Assembly: GCA_951406725.2 (NCBI GenBank)
Contig: OX597818.1
Location: forward strand, 57,412,001-57,476,000
Length of the DNA: 64,000 nt
Direction: 5' to 3'
Source of the DNA: Octopus vulgaris
Taxonomy: Eukaryota
Shown here: piece after piece, positions 1 to 11,449 of the stretch
How positions within the stretch are numbered: the stretch's first letter is position 1
Layout of the letters: each line of letters opens with the position of its first letter
The notes under the pieces: model-generated
The model's input: the letters and a program-made list of their open reading frames with translations, nothing else
Told to the model about the DNA's origin: nothing
Database searches by the model: none
Made by a program: the position numbers and the translations under genes

Positions 1-99
1 CGGTGTCCCAGAATCCTTTGTACTCATTAATCGAGTAGGTTATAAACACATAGTGCGTCACATCCACACACATATGTGAACGCATTTCTACGAATAAAT

Positions 100-162
<63 letters not shown>

Positions 163-232
163 AAAAATTCAGGGTGAATACTTGATAATTGTAAGCACAT
201 GTATATGCCAGTTAGTGGTGTAGGTGATAGAG

Positions 233-531
233 TATATTTATCAAAAGATGAACATGATGCAAAGGATTTAGCGGTACATATGTTTCTGGCTTTTATTAGA
301 CGGTTTATATCAATGCATAATTGATGTAATATGTATGTCAATAGCCTTCTTCAGCCGCGCACAATCACTACTTCAAGGACATGTGTTACATTATAATAAT
401 TATTGTAATTGTGTGCAGCTGAAGAAGGTTATTGACATACATATTACATCAATTATGCATTGATATTAACCGTCTAATAAAATCCAGAAACATATGTACC
501 GCTAAATCTTTTGCATCATGTTTTTCTTTTG

Positions 532-540
<9 letters not shown>
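233..540. mobile_element. Fold-back element with a type I hammerhead motif in each arm (Penelope pLTR-like), between (TA)n tracts
   Basis: Arms 233-358 and 415-540 are reverse complements (hence the twin MTYILHQLCIDINRLIK ORFs). Each reads GCRG-CTGAAGA...GAAAC-ATAT-GTA-CCGC. Confidence 0.75.
271..358 (-). ncRNA. Type I hammerhead ribozyme motif with long helix II
   Basis: Minus strand: GCGG CTGAAGA AGGCTATTGAC...GTCTAATAAAAGCCA GAAAC ATAT GTA CCGC. Helix I GCGG/CCGC; helix III palindrome ACATATGT; GUA cleavage triplet; A-A apposition at the base of helix II. Confidence 0.65.
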
Positions 541-574
<34 letters not shown>

Positions 575-1623
575 TACATGCATATATATGTTTGTTTGTG
601 TGTGTGCATCTTCTACCACCTCCACTCGCAGAAAATTGTGCAGTAACATGATATAAATGACTACCCCCGCCCAGTATGAATCGATGTTCTTAGACACACC
701 AAATGCGATTTTCATCAGTCATACTCTTTCGTGTTCGCTTAGATTAGTAATTCCCAAACATTTTCAGGTTGCCGCCCACTTGAAACCTGGGTCACAATCC
801 TAGCGGCTCCACCCACCAACTAACTGTCACAAACAGACCTCTTTCTGAAGCAACTGTATTTCACAAATAAAACGTAACCTAATGAACCCATTATTTTGTT
901 GTTTTACATGAATCTTTACCCCATTATTGCCCCACTTTTCCTCAACGCCCCCTTGGAATTTCCACCGTTCCTCCTTTCAATATCGCCCACTTTGGGAACC
1001 ACTGGCTTAGATCATGTTGGAGGAGGGTAGTAATTTTGAAGTTTACCTTTCCCCAGATTGGTTGCTTTCAGCGAAGTTACGGACTGCAGTTCATCCTTAC
1101 AAGAATCTATTTAACTTATAGAGGACCCTGAGAGGTACTACCGTCTGGGAGAACTATTATGGGGTGACTCCATGCTCTCCACAATTCTAGAACTCCCAGA
1201 TTAGAGCTCGCAAACGGCCGCCGTTTAATGTCATACACACGCTCACCCACGCACAATAAGAAAAATGTAAACGAAGAAAAAGAAGAAGAACTAGAGAAAG
1301 TCGGGGAAGAGAAGTAGGAATTTCTTTGTAATTTCTTTGATCGTGAGTCTTCGAAGAACACCACAGCTACAACACGCGAAAATCTATGAAGTTATTTGTG
1401 TGTGTTGTATGTGTATATCCATGCATGTTGGCATTTGCGTGTGTTTGTACGCGTATGTTTCTGTTTTAACACTTTCTGATCTTTGTGTGACTTGGCACCA
1501 CCCCGCGAGGAAATCATCTGCTTTCCTAGTCCAAAGCTGATGAAAGAATCCTTTCAAAGAATAAGCTCTATCTTGTTGCATCTAATGCTATCTCTGCACT
1601 GCATATATCATCTATGGGCATGC

Positions 1624-1684
<61 letters not shown>

Positions 1685-1819
1685 GAGAGAGAGAGAGATA
1701 GGTATGAGTATTATGTTTACACTATATATATGAGTATATACATAAACATACATACGTGAATACATACATAGAAATAAGGACATATGTACGTATACATACA
1801 CATATACAACTCACGCCGC

Positions 1820-1867
<48 letters not shown>

Positions 1868-1990
1868 ATACATATATAATTTTCAAATTTATATATTTAT
1901 ATAATAATAATAATAAGTGACAGCAAAAGAATGAGGCCTCGATATTAGGTAAATATAGGATTTTTTATAGATTTTATAATTCAGAGCAAA

Positions 1991-2133
1991 CAGTAAGTTG
2001 TCAATATAGTACTCGGTGTTTCGAATGTCGGAGCGAAGATCTACGATGCACTGTCATTAATACCCAACGAGAATACATCGCAACTCTTCGTTCCGACATT
2101 CCATACTCCGAGTACTATAATGACAACTTACTG
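1991..2133. mobile_element. Degenerate fold-back element with decayed hammerhead remnants, between (TA)n tracts
   Basis: Arms ~1991-2050 and ~2075-2133 are inverted. Left arm reverse complement has CATTC-GAAAC-ACCGA-GTA. The upstream leader AAAAGAATGA..CCTCGATATTA.GTAAA matches the leader at ~38975-39010. Confidence 0.5.
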
Positions 2134-2137
2134 ATTG

Positions 2138-2187
<50 letters not shown>

Positions 2188-2189
<2 letters not shown>

Positions 2190-2501
2190 ATTATAATTAA
2201 GGGTTAATTGCAACAAGTTGCTCAAAACCACATACCGAAAATATTAGAAATAGCAGCAAAATTGATCACTATTTCTTCTACTAATAAAAAATCTCCATAA
2301 ACAAACAAATACAATTTGTAACCTGTATATGGCAAAAAAGGAGGAAAATAACGAATTCCCAGCCTATGGAAATCCATAGGCTGGGATTTCGTGGAGATTT
2401 TTTATTAGTAGAAGAAATAGTGATCAATTTGGCTGCTATTTCTAATATTTTCGGTATGTGGTTTTGAGCAACTTGTTGCAAATAACACTTAATTATAATT
2501 A
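2188..2501. mobile_element. MITE-like inverted repeat (~110-bp arms) with an internal near-perfect hairpin
   Basis: 2188-2299 is the reverse complement of 2392-2501. Internal hairpin CCCAGCCTATGGA-AA-TCCATAGGCTGGG near 2358-2385. Confidence 0.6.
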
Positions 2502-2599
2502 TTATAAACCTTACCAAATATGGTCTTTTCCATACCGATAAATCTACTAGGTGAAATTTATTAATTTTATTAAATTAATTATATTCCACCCTTTATTGC

Positions 2600-2639
<40 letters not shown>

Positions 2640-2669
2640 TTCCAACATTTCTTAAACAGAGTTGTTAAA

Positions 2670-3990
2670 TCCAAACTATTGCATAACAGAGGGTATGCTG
2701 TCGAATCTGTAGGATATTTGAGGACGATATAGCTGCTATTTCCAGCAAATTTCCTGACCACGGAGATGCACTTCATTATTTCGAATCATATCGATTGATT
2801 AAATTATTATTTCGTGGCGAGTGGAATCATTTCTTTCTACCAACACAGTAATATCTGAAAGTTTATTTCTAAACTAGAATTACATACACACACATACACA
2901 CACACAGAGTGTTGATAAATATATATAATTAATTCTTGCTTAGAAATTTAGAAATAGGAAGACAAATGCGATGTTATAGAGAAATAAAGTTATGCAACAG
3001 TTTGGATTTAACAAGTTCTCCGTTTAAGAACTGTTGGGAGTAGACACTGGAAATAAATGACACGAATATTGTTATGATTTATGTATACAATCGCCGCGTA
3101 CCAAACATGTATGTAGTCTGCAGAAAAACCTATTAACAGCTTGAGAAATTCGTGACGATCGCTAATCTGTGTTTGCAGATTATAATACTTATTGTGGTAA
3201 TACATAAGCTACTGAAAAACCTATCAATGTAATCATAAAATCTGTATTCAGAAGTTAAAATTATTGTTTAAAAGTATTCTTTGACAGCATTCGTTAAGAT
3301 TTCTATAACTTATACTTTCAGATATTACTGTGTTGTTAAAAAGAGATTATTCCACTCGCCACGAAATGATAATTTGATAAATCGATATGATTTGAAATAA
3401 TGAAGTGCCTCTCCGTGGTCATGAAATTTGCTAGAAATAGCAGCCATAATAAAATAAATGCGCCCTTTTAAAGCCTAGCCAGGCTCATAGGCTCGGTTTT
3501 CCGGTTTCAATGCCGTATGTGTTCCCAGCTGGACAGGATGCCAGTCCATCGCAGCGTTACTCATTTTTGCCAGCTGAGTGGACTGGAGCAACGTGAAATG
3601 AAGTGTTTTGCTCAAGAATACAACGCGTCGCCCGGTCCAGGAATCGAAACAACAATCCTACGATCATGATGCTGACACCCTAACCACTGAGCCACGCACC
3701 TCCACAAATAAATGCGCTCTTTTAAAGCCTATCGAGGCTCATGGTCCCAGTTTCCCGGTTTCAATGGCGTATGTGTTCTCCAGCTGAGTGGACTGGATCA
3801 TCGTGAAATGAAGCGTTTTGCTCAAGAACACAACGCGTCGCCCGGTCCAGGAATCGAAACCACAATCTTACGATCATGAGTCTGACACCCTAACCACTAA
3901 GCCACGCGCCTCCACGAGAAATAGCAGCCATATCATCCTCAAATATCCTACAAACAGTTTCGACAACGTACCCTCTGTTATACCGAATTA
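2670..3990. mobile_element. Old inverted-repeat element; right arm interrupted by a SINE dimer
   Basis: ~2670-2875 is the reverse complement of ~3300-3448 plus 3933-3990. Confidence 0.55.
3449..3916 (-). mobile_element. Tandem dimer of a tRNA-derived SINE
   Basis: Two heads on the minus strand (GTGGAGG.GCGTGGCT.AGTGGTTAGG...GTTTCGATTCC, A/B boxes). 16-bp TSD AGAAATAGCAGCCATA at 3433-3448 and 3917-3932. Confidence 0.85.
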
Positions 3991-4053
3991 GCGGATGAGC
4001 AGAACGGAAATGATCATTAATTATAATTATCGACCTATCTAATCAGGGATGAG

Positions 4054-4404
4054 ATGGGGAAATGTAACAACAACAACAACAACAAAAAGAAAGGAGGAGA
4101 AAAAGCAGAAGGAAACAGTTGTAATTTCAATCAACTTGAGGTAACAACAACGGAAACAATTGGTCAGAAACATCTTCTTCATCGACATCATCATCGACAT
4201 CATCATCGTCATCATCATCGTCATCATCATCGTTATATAAGCAGCAGCAGCAGTAGCCGTCCAAGAATTTGGACCTGGAGATTTCCATTTCCAGCGACTT
4301 CGAGGGCAACCTTCCAGTGGTGTCAGGCGTCATCGAAGAGCCCTCGACTACAACAAGACGACCAAAGATTTTCTTTCAAAGGTCTGGGAGTCTTCCGCCT
4401 CTAA
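4054..4404 (+). CDS. Possible coding exon (MGKC start, poly-N, His/Arg-rich); frame and strand ambiguous
   Basis: Relatively GC-rich, non-repetitive 4255-4440 segment among triplet repeats; overlapping ORFs on both strands; no recognisable domain. Confidence 0.25.
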   Translation: MGKCNNNNNNKKKGGEKAEGNSCNFNQLEVTTTETIGQKHLLHRHHHRHHHRHHHRHHHRYISSSSSSRPRIWTWRFPFPATSRATFQWCQASSKSPRLQQDDQRFSFKGLGVFRL

Positions 4405-4446
4405 GACCTAGACCATTACCTGCTCACCCTTACCCGCCTTGTTGCT

Positions 4447-4447
4447 T

Positions 4448-4478
<31 letters not shown>

Positions 4479-4575
4479 GCAGCAGCAGCAGGTGCAGCGG
4501 TAGCAGGTGCAGCGGTAGCAGGTGCAGCGGTAGCAGGTGCAGCAGTAGCAGCATGTGTAGCGGTAGCAGCAGTAA
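4447..4575 (+). repeat. (CAA)n/(CAG)n plus 18-bp minisatellite GCAGGTGCAGCGGTAGCA-type
   Basis: About 4 tandem 18-bp units read directly. Confidence 0.85.
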
Positions 4576-4928
4576 CCGCAGGATGCTACTGTCTGAGTCT
4601 TAGGACTCATATGACCGTTTGCCTGGTTTCCATGGCTTATAAGAGTCCAAGATTACTACATTCTCTTTAAACGGTCCATTAAAATAATAATTACTCATTA
4701 GACAGTTGCTCATTAATCAGCTGAGTGGCCTGGAGCAAGGTAAAATGAAGTGTTTTACCGAAGGATTAACGCAAAAGCCGGATTTATGAAACCACCATCT
4801 TCAGATCGTGAGCACAAAACCCTAATCACACAAAATGTATTGCGACTGTAGCGGTTTATATAACTAGGATTATATAATCTGCTAAACTACAAAAATACTA
4901 TTCTTGCTAATGGTATTGTTACTCGAAA

Positions 4929-5528
4929 GGCGGCGAGCTGGCAGAAACGTTAGCACGCCGGGCGAAATGCGTAGCCGTATTTCGTCTGCCGCTACGTTCT
5001 GAGTTCAAATTCCGCCGAGGTCGACTTTGCCTTTCATCCTTTCGGGGTCGATTAAATAAGGACCAGTTACGCACTGGGGTCGATATAACCGACTTAATCC
5101 GTTTGTTTGTCCTTGTTTGTCCTCTCTCTGTTTAGCCCTTTGTGGGTAGTAAAGAAATAGGTATTTTGTCTGCCGTTACGTTCTGAGTTCAAATTCCTCC
5201 GAGGTCGACTTTGCCTTTCATCCTTTTTGGGTCGATAAATTTAGTACCAGTTACGCACTGGGGTTGATATAATAGACTTAATACCTTTGTCTGTCCTTGT
5301 TTGTCCTCTCTGTGTTTAGCGCTTTGTGGGTAGTAAAGAAATAGGTACTTCGTCTGCCGTTACGTTCTGAGTTCAAATTCCGCCGAGGTCGACTTTGCCT
5401 TTCATCCTTCCGGGGCCGATTAAATAAGTACGAGTTACGCACTGGGGTCGATGTAATCGACTTAATCCGTTTGTCTGTCCTTGTTTGCCCCCCTCTGTGT
5501 TTAGCCCCATGTGGGTAGTAAAGAAATA
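4929..5528 (+). mobile_element. SINE family A (GGCGGCGAGCTGGCAG head; CCTTTCATCCTTTCGGGGTCGATAAA core), triplicated body
   Basis: One head plus three ~190-bp bodies. TSD GGTATTGTTRCTCGA at 4912-4926 and 5529-5543. Confidence 0.9.
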
Positions 5529-5789
5529 GGTATTGTTGCTCGATTGGAGCTCAAACTCCATATTTTGTATCCAGATCATCACAGTCGCCATTTTTATATA
5601 ACGAAAGATGAATTTCGGTTGTGTCGGTTTCATATCATTTTTGACGTCAGGTGTATATCAAGTGTACATTTTCCAGTAGACATGGTCGAGTGGTTAAGAA
5701 GATCCTTTTGAAATTACGTGGTTTCAGGATCAGTCCTACTACCACACTGGGCGACGTTTGGCTAAGTGCCTTCTATAGGGGGCAGAGTC

Positions 5790-6232
5790 GTGGTATGCAC
5801 AAAGTCCAGAAGGAGCTACCGAAAATGAGAATTGCAAAATCCTGTGGGATGCAATGAGCCAGTGCGATCAACCGACCAGACATCAGAAACCGGACATTGT
5901 GGTGGTGAATAAAAACAGAAAGAATGTGTATGATAATCGAGATACCACGCCCCCCGGTGAGAACAGGTTCTATGTGAAAGAAGAAGGAAAAATAAACAAG
6001 TATGACGATTTGAAGTGGGAAATACTAAGGTTGTGGTCAATGAAGAGAGTAGACCTGATACCACTAGTCATTGGTGCATCTGGAAGTATCAGCATTCAGC
6101 TACCAGCATGGGTGAAAAAGATCGGTGCAAGAACACCTACAAAAATCAGCATTAACAAGTGTCACCTTAGTCTGCTGGCTGTGGACAGCTGACACTATCC
6201 AACACAACCAGCAAAATACGCTGTGAGTATTC

Positions 6233-6277
<45 letters not shown>
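5790..6277 (+). mobile_element. 3' remnant of an RLE-type non-LTR retrotransposon (R4/Dong-like) with (TAA)n tail
   Basis: KILWD...KPDIVVVNK...KEEGKINKYDDLKWEILRLWSMKRVDLIPLVIGASG matches a PD-(D/E)xK restriction-like endonuclease C-terminus; frameshifted; ends in (TAA)n. Confidence 0.85.
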
Positions 6278-6279
<2 letters not shown>

Positions 6280-6671
6280 GTTTCAAATTTTGCCGCAAGG
6301 GCCGCCTTTATGGGGGAGTGAGTGAGTGGATTATATCGACCCAAGTGTTCAACTTGCACTTATTTAATCGATCGCGAAAGGATGAAAGGTAAAGTCGACC
6401 TCGGCGAAATTTGAACTCAGAACGTAACGACAGAAGAAATACCTGTTTCTTTATTACCCACAAGGGATTAAACATAGAGAAGACAAACAAGGACAGGCAA
6501 ACGGATTAAGTTGATTACATCGACCCCAGTGTGTAACTGCTACTTATTTAATCGAGCCCGAAAGTAGGACAGGCAAAGTCGACCTCGGCGAAATTTGAAC
6601 TCAGAACTTAAAGATAGACGACATACAGCTAAGCATTTCGCGCGGCGTGCTAACGATTCTGCTAACTCGCC

Positions 6672-6703
<32 letters not shown>

Positions 6704-6920
6704 AACAATAACCTTTTTACTGGAAGCTCAAGGTCTCAAATTTGGAGTAAGAGATTACGCCGGGTGCGCAAATGGTACTTATTTAGTCGACCCGGAAAGA
6801 ATATAAGGCAAAGTCAAAAGAATGAAAGGCAAAGCGGAATTTGAACTCAGATCGGAGCAACGGGCGAAATACCACGAAGCATTTCATCCAGCGTTCTAAC
6901 GATTCCGCCAGCTCGCTGCA
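6278..6920 (-). mobile_element. Degenerate SINE family A copies interspersed with (ATT)n
   Basis: AAAGTCGACCTCGGCGAAATTTGAACTCAG motifs near 6391 and 6576, a more diverged one near 6830. Confidence 0.75.
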
Positions 6921-6965
6921 TTATTAATAATAATACTAATACTAATAATAATAATAATTATTATT

Positions 6966-7000
<35 letters not shown>

Positions 7001-7099
7001 TATTCCTTCTTATAACCTATGTATCAGTTACAAAAGAAACACATACCGATTTATCGGCTGCAGCAGACTCTGTACTAATCATACAAATCGCTGCATCTT

Positions 7100-7370
7100 C
7101 TGCAACCGCCAACATCATAATCAATATACCAATTTCTACAGACAACATTCTTAGAGTTGCAACAATTCCAATAGAAAACAATGTATCTCTAAATGACATT
7201 CTGAGACTATCTGAAGATCTGGAAATAACGATAGCAAGAATGTGGGAATTGAAAATAGATATAATTCCCATAATACAAGATATATTGGGAGAGATAAAAG
7301 AACATACAAATATATGTTGGAAACTCTAGAACTTACACATTTAGTAAAGTACAGCAAAAAAGTACTTGAA
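7100..7370 (+). pseudogene. Second, more decayed RLE endonuclease fragment
   Basis: TIPIENNVSL...EDLEITIARMWELKIDIIPIIQDILG resembles the IPxDxNV..KYxDLEIEIxRMW..IPIIxGxLG motif. Confidence 0.6.
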
Positions 7371-7427
7371 ACTACAGAATATATATTTATGTATTTATAG
7401 CAAAAGATATTTATTCATTAGAATATA

Positions 7428-7640
7428 TATTTCTTTACTACCCACAAGGGGCTAAACACAGAGGGGACAAACAAGGACAGATAAACGGATTAAGTGCAAC
7501 TGGTACTTAATTTAATCGACCCCGAAAAGATGAAAGGCAAAGTCGACCTCGGCGAAATTTGAACCCAGAACGTAACGCCAGACGAAATACGGCTACGCAT
7601 TTCTCCCAGCGTGCTAACGTTTCTGCCAGCTCGCCGCCTT
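7428..7640 (-). mobile_element. SINE family A
   Basis: Head and body match consensus; flanked by ATTYATTAGAATATATA TSD. Confidence 0.85.
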
Positions 7641-7827
7641 ATAATTTATTAGAATATATAAAAACAAAATACAAAGTGCGAATAGCAAACGTGTATCAAA
7701 CTATTGCTTAACAAAAAGTACTAATAACACCAACCTCACCAACACCACTACCAAACATACTACAACTAAAAACTATAAGAATAATAATCGTTTCTGCAAC
7801 AGGCACAAGGAACCGGTATGATATCTA

Positions 7828-8058
7828 GGCGGCGAGCTGGCAGAAACGTTAGCACACTGGGCGAAATGCTTAGTGGTATTTCGTCTGCCGTGACGTTCTG
7901 AGTTCAAATTCCGCCGAGGTCGACTTTGCCTTTCATTCTTTCGGGGTCGATAAATTAAGTACCAGTTACGCACTGGGGTCGATGTAATCGACTTAATCCG
8001 TTTGTCTGTCCTTGTTTGTGCTCTCTGTGTTTAGCCCCTTGTGGGTAGTAAAGAAATA
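7828..8058 (+). mobile_element. SINE family A
   Basis: Full length; TSD GGYATGATATCTAGG. Confidence 0.9.
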
Positions 8059-8339
8059 GGCATGATATCTAGGTGCCACTGCTAAGCTAGGGATTTCTGG
8101 AAACTACACATAATACTCCACACCCCATAAGTTCTCCAAAACATATCAGTTCGAACCATAGATGTTAGCTGAGAACGTCATTGATAATAAGTGGACGAGG
8201 AGTTAGAAATACTATTATATTTTATTACGTAAATTTATGATATCGTGATAAACATTTCGTTAAAGAAAATTCGATCTTTTGTATTCGGTTATATTTCATA
8301 AGTAAAGCGATTAAAAAGTGAGAGAAGCAAAGTAACATC

Positions 8340-8545
8340 ACTCTTTTGCTTGTTTCAGTCATTTGACTGTGGCCATGCTGGAGCACCGCCTTTAGTCGAG
8401 AAAATTCGCCCCCAGGACTTATTCTTTGTAAGCCCAGTACTTATTCTATCGGTGTATTTTGCCGAACCGCTAAGTTACAGGGACGTAAACACACCAGCAT
8501 CGGTTGTCAAGCGATGGTGGGGGAACCAACACAGACAGACAGACA

Positions 8546-8603
<58 letters not shown>

Positions 8604-8765
8604 CGACGGGCTTCTTTCAGGTTTCGTCTACCAAATCCACTCGCAAGGCTTTGAGCGGCCCGAGGCTATAGTAGAAGACTCTTGCCCGAGGTGCCACGTA
8701 GTGAGACTGAACTCGGAACCATGTGGTTCGCAAACAAACTACTTACCACACAGCCACTCTTATGC
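8340..8765 (-). mobile_element. SINE family B (tRNA-like head, internal (CA)/(TA) tract, TGACTGAAACAAGTAAAAGAG tail)
   Basis: Reverse complement of the full copy at 28319-28737. Confidence 0.85.
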
Positions 8766-9591
8766 CTATTACAAATCTTTTTCGACAGGTTTTGGGATGA
8801 AGTCTCTTGTGGACCATGTCGACATTAGTGTTTGATAAGTATTCTAATTACTGTATTTGATGCCATCAAAACACACACGGGCATATTGGATGCACCCAAA
8901 TTTCAGCAGAGCATAGTCAGAAAGTAAACTTTTTCTATACACTAAAGCTTATTTAAGGTCTGACTTCCCATATAGGACGCGGGGTTAGTTTTACAAATTG
9001 TTTGGCGGACAAAATGTGTGTCTGATATGCCATCGAAGGCAGTAATCAACTGAGTAAAGATTGCCGGCAAAGTTAACTTCGGCGAGGTTCGGTCTCAAAA
9101 TTTAAGGTGACATAACACTTTTAGGCTGATATAATAGCAATTCCTTTTTTATTTTCATTTGAATTGGATGGTTGTAATAAGGCTGATATGCTTTCCAGCG
9201 AACTTTTCCTTGTTTGGCAAAGATTCCTTGTTTAGCAATGTTTCAGGACAACTATGTCTAAGAAGCAATTATGTACAAAGGGCAACTATGTGTAAAGATG
9301 ATCTCTTCATCCCTGTCATATATTTGTTAGACATAGTCTAGGGTTAGATTTAAGGGATTTTTTTTAGTGTAATTGTAACCGTACAAGTAATATTATATCT
9401 ATAAAATGAAGTGAGGTCACAAGGATGCCCTTCTCTCTCTGAAGTATTATTTTTAACAAGTGAGAAAAATATATTAAAGCGCTCCAAAGAGATATACATT
9501 GGATAATTTAGTCTATTAGCATTTGTAAATAATATAATATAGTCATTCAAGGCTGTAAAGAAGGAAAGCAGTTTCTCTATTTAGAATAATA

Positions 9592-9955
9592 CTAGTAATA
9601 TGACCCGGCAACGCCGGGTCATAGTGCTAGTGCATGCATATACAGCTGCGTGCGTGCGCACACACACGCGAGTACTGTCCAAATCTCCGACCAATCACAT
9701 GCAGCTAGCTGGCATTCAATTGGCGTGTCAAGTTTCGGGCATTTTGATTGGGTTTTGGATAGAAAATATTCACAAAAAAACCCTTCAATTGATTTTTTAA
9801 TGGCTTAGCGGGTTGACTTGGAAAATGTAAAGATGTGCACGACCACCCTTGGACGGTTTTGAATGACCATCAAAGTGCGAGCCCTCTAACTGAAAAATTG
9901 TGGATTTGTATAAAGGACACACACGCAGACATTTTGCCATTTATATATAGAGAGA
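9592..9955 (-). mobile_element. Non-autonomous Helitron
   Basis: Minus strand starts TCTCTCTATATATAAA and ends GACCCGGCGTTGCCGGGTC hairpin + ...CTAG; inserted at A|T. Confidence 0.8.
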
Positions 9956-11066
9956 TAATACCCTCAACAGATATATTGATCATTCACGACTGCATAAAAC
10001 ATATCTGCAAATATTGTTAAGATCCGTCAATCTGGATAAAAAATATTTCGCATCAAGAGACATTCACATATATTAAACTTAATCTAAATCCACTCAGTCA
10101 AAACAGTAAAGTTTTAAAGCTGAATAACATATTATTCTTTAAAATCTCTTACTAAAAAAACTGGCATTTTTGCCGCTGATATTTTTATCTTTATCTCTGC
10201 TCTCAATATAATTAGTATGTAGTTATGTATTTAACTTATCAGTTAACTTATTTAACTTATCAGAGGTGCTCCAATGTGAATAATGTATTTTCTTTATTTT
10301 ATTCTGAAAGCAGATTCTTTATATATTGATGATTTATCACTGCAGTGAATAGTTATGTATTGAATTTTGATAGAGCAAAATATCCTTAGTGTAGTGTGTC
10401 AAATTGTCATACGTATGAAATTATTTGAGTGGCCATTTTTCAGTGATATCATATAGTTTTTGAGATAATTCATACTAGCTCAGTGGTATCTTAATATGAA
10501 TATAAAATATATATTCACCATAGAAAAAAATCGCTTATATAAAAAAAGATATATAAGATTTATCTGTATAGAGATTTAGGAACACTTTGCAAATGAAATA
10601 ATCTGATTCATTTATGTATATCGTAAGCGGTATCTCACAGAGGCATTCAACAAAAATGCTCTTCCTTTCAGACGTTAACTTCGTCTCCATAGATGCCATT
10701 CCCTGTTATTTATCTTGCTTTTATTTGGTTCAGTGTTTGGGTTGCGACCATGCTGGGGCGCCTCTTTGAAGATTTTAGACAGACAAATCCACCCCAGTAT
10801 ATGGTATTTATTCTATCGTCTCCTTTGCCGGACTGCTAAGCTGCGGAGAGGGAGAAAAGCCAGCACCAGATGTCAAGCGATTGCAGAGTCAAACACAGAG
10901 CATGCATACATATATGCATATTATATATGTATGTATGTGCATATATTTATATATATATATATGTGTGTGTATAAGGTGTGTTATGAGCATTTATAGAACA
11001 CGCATCCTATAGTAACTCAAACATGGAGAAGAGTAGGTGTTAAAAGTTTTATAAAATTTTAATTCA

Positions 11067-11176
11067 TGCATACGATCGTTTCGAACGGTAATATTTAGAT
11101 GTAAGAAACATAGAAAAAATTAAAAATTAATTTAATTATAATTAAATTAATTACATATTACAGTTCTCTTCAGTAC
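11067..11176 (-). ncRNA. Type I hammerhead ribozyme motif with long AT-rich helix II insertion
   Basis: Minus strand: GTA CTGAAGA GAACTGTAATAT...ATATTACCGTTC GAAAC GATC GTA TGC; helix III palindrome ACGATCGT. Confidence 0.65.
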
Positions 11177-11449
11177 CAAAAGAAGTCATCAAAAAGAACA
11201 TTACATTGTTACAGAAGACTAGATGGAGTGAGAGTCATATAGCATTCGGATATTCATAATACGATTATGAAAGATAAAAACATGCTTGTGTAGTGTTGAG
11301 TCTAATTGTGTATGAACTAAAACTGATGTTGCTAATGGATATTTGGAAATATATGGGAAAAAATTTTAAGAAACATTCTGTTTATATGAAGACAAGTAAT
11401 ATAGTGATATACATTCCATATAAAGCATTTATCAATATACATGCATATA

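Noticed and set aside
1535-1572. CTGATGA hammerhead-like start
   Set aside because: GAAA is missing (CAAA) and there are no helices I/III; at most a decayed relic.
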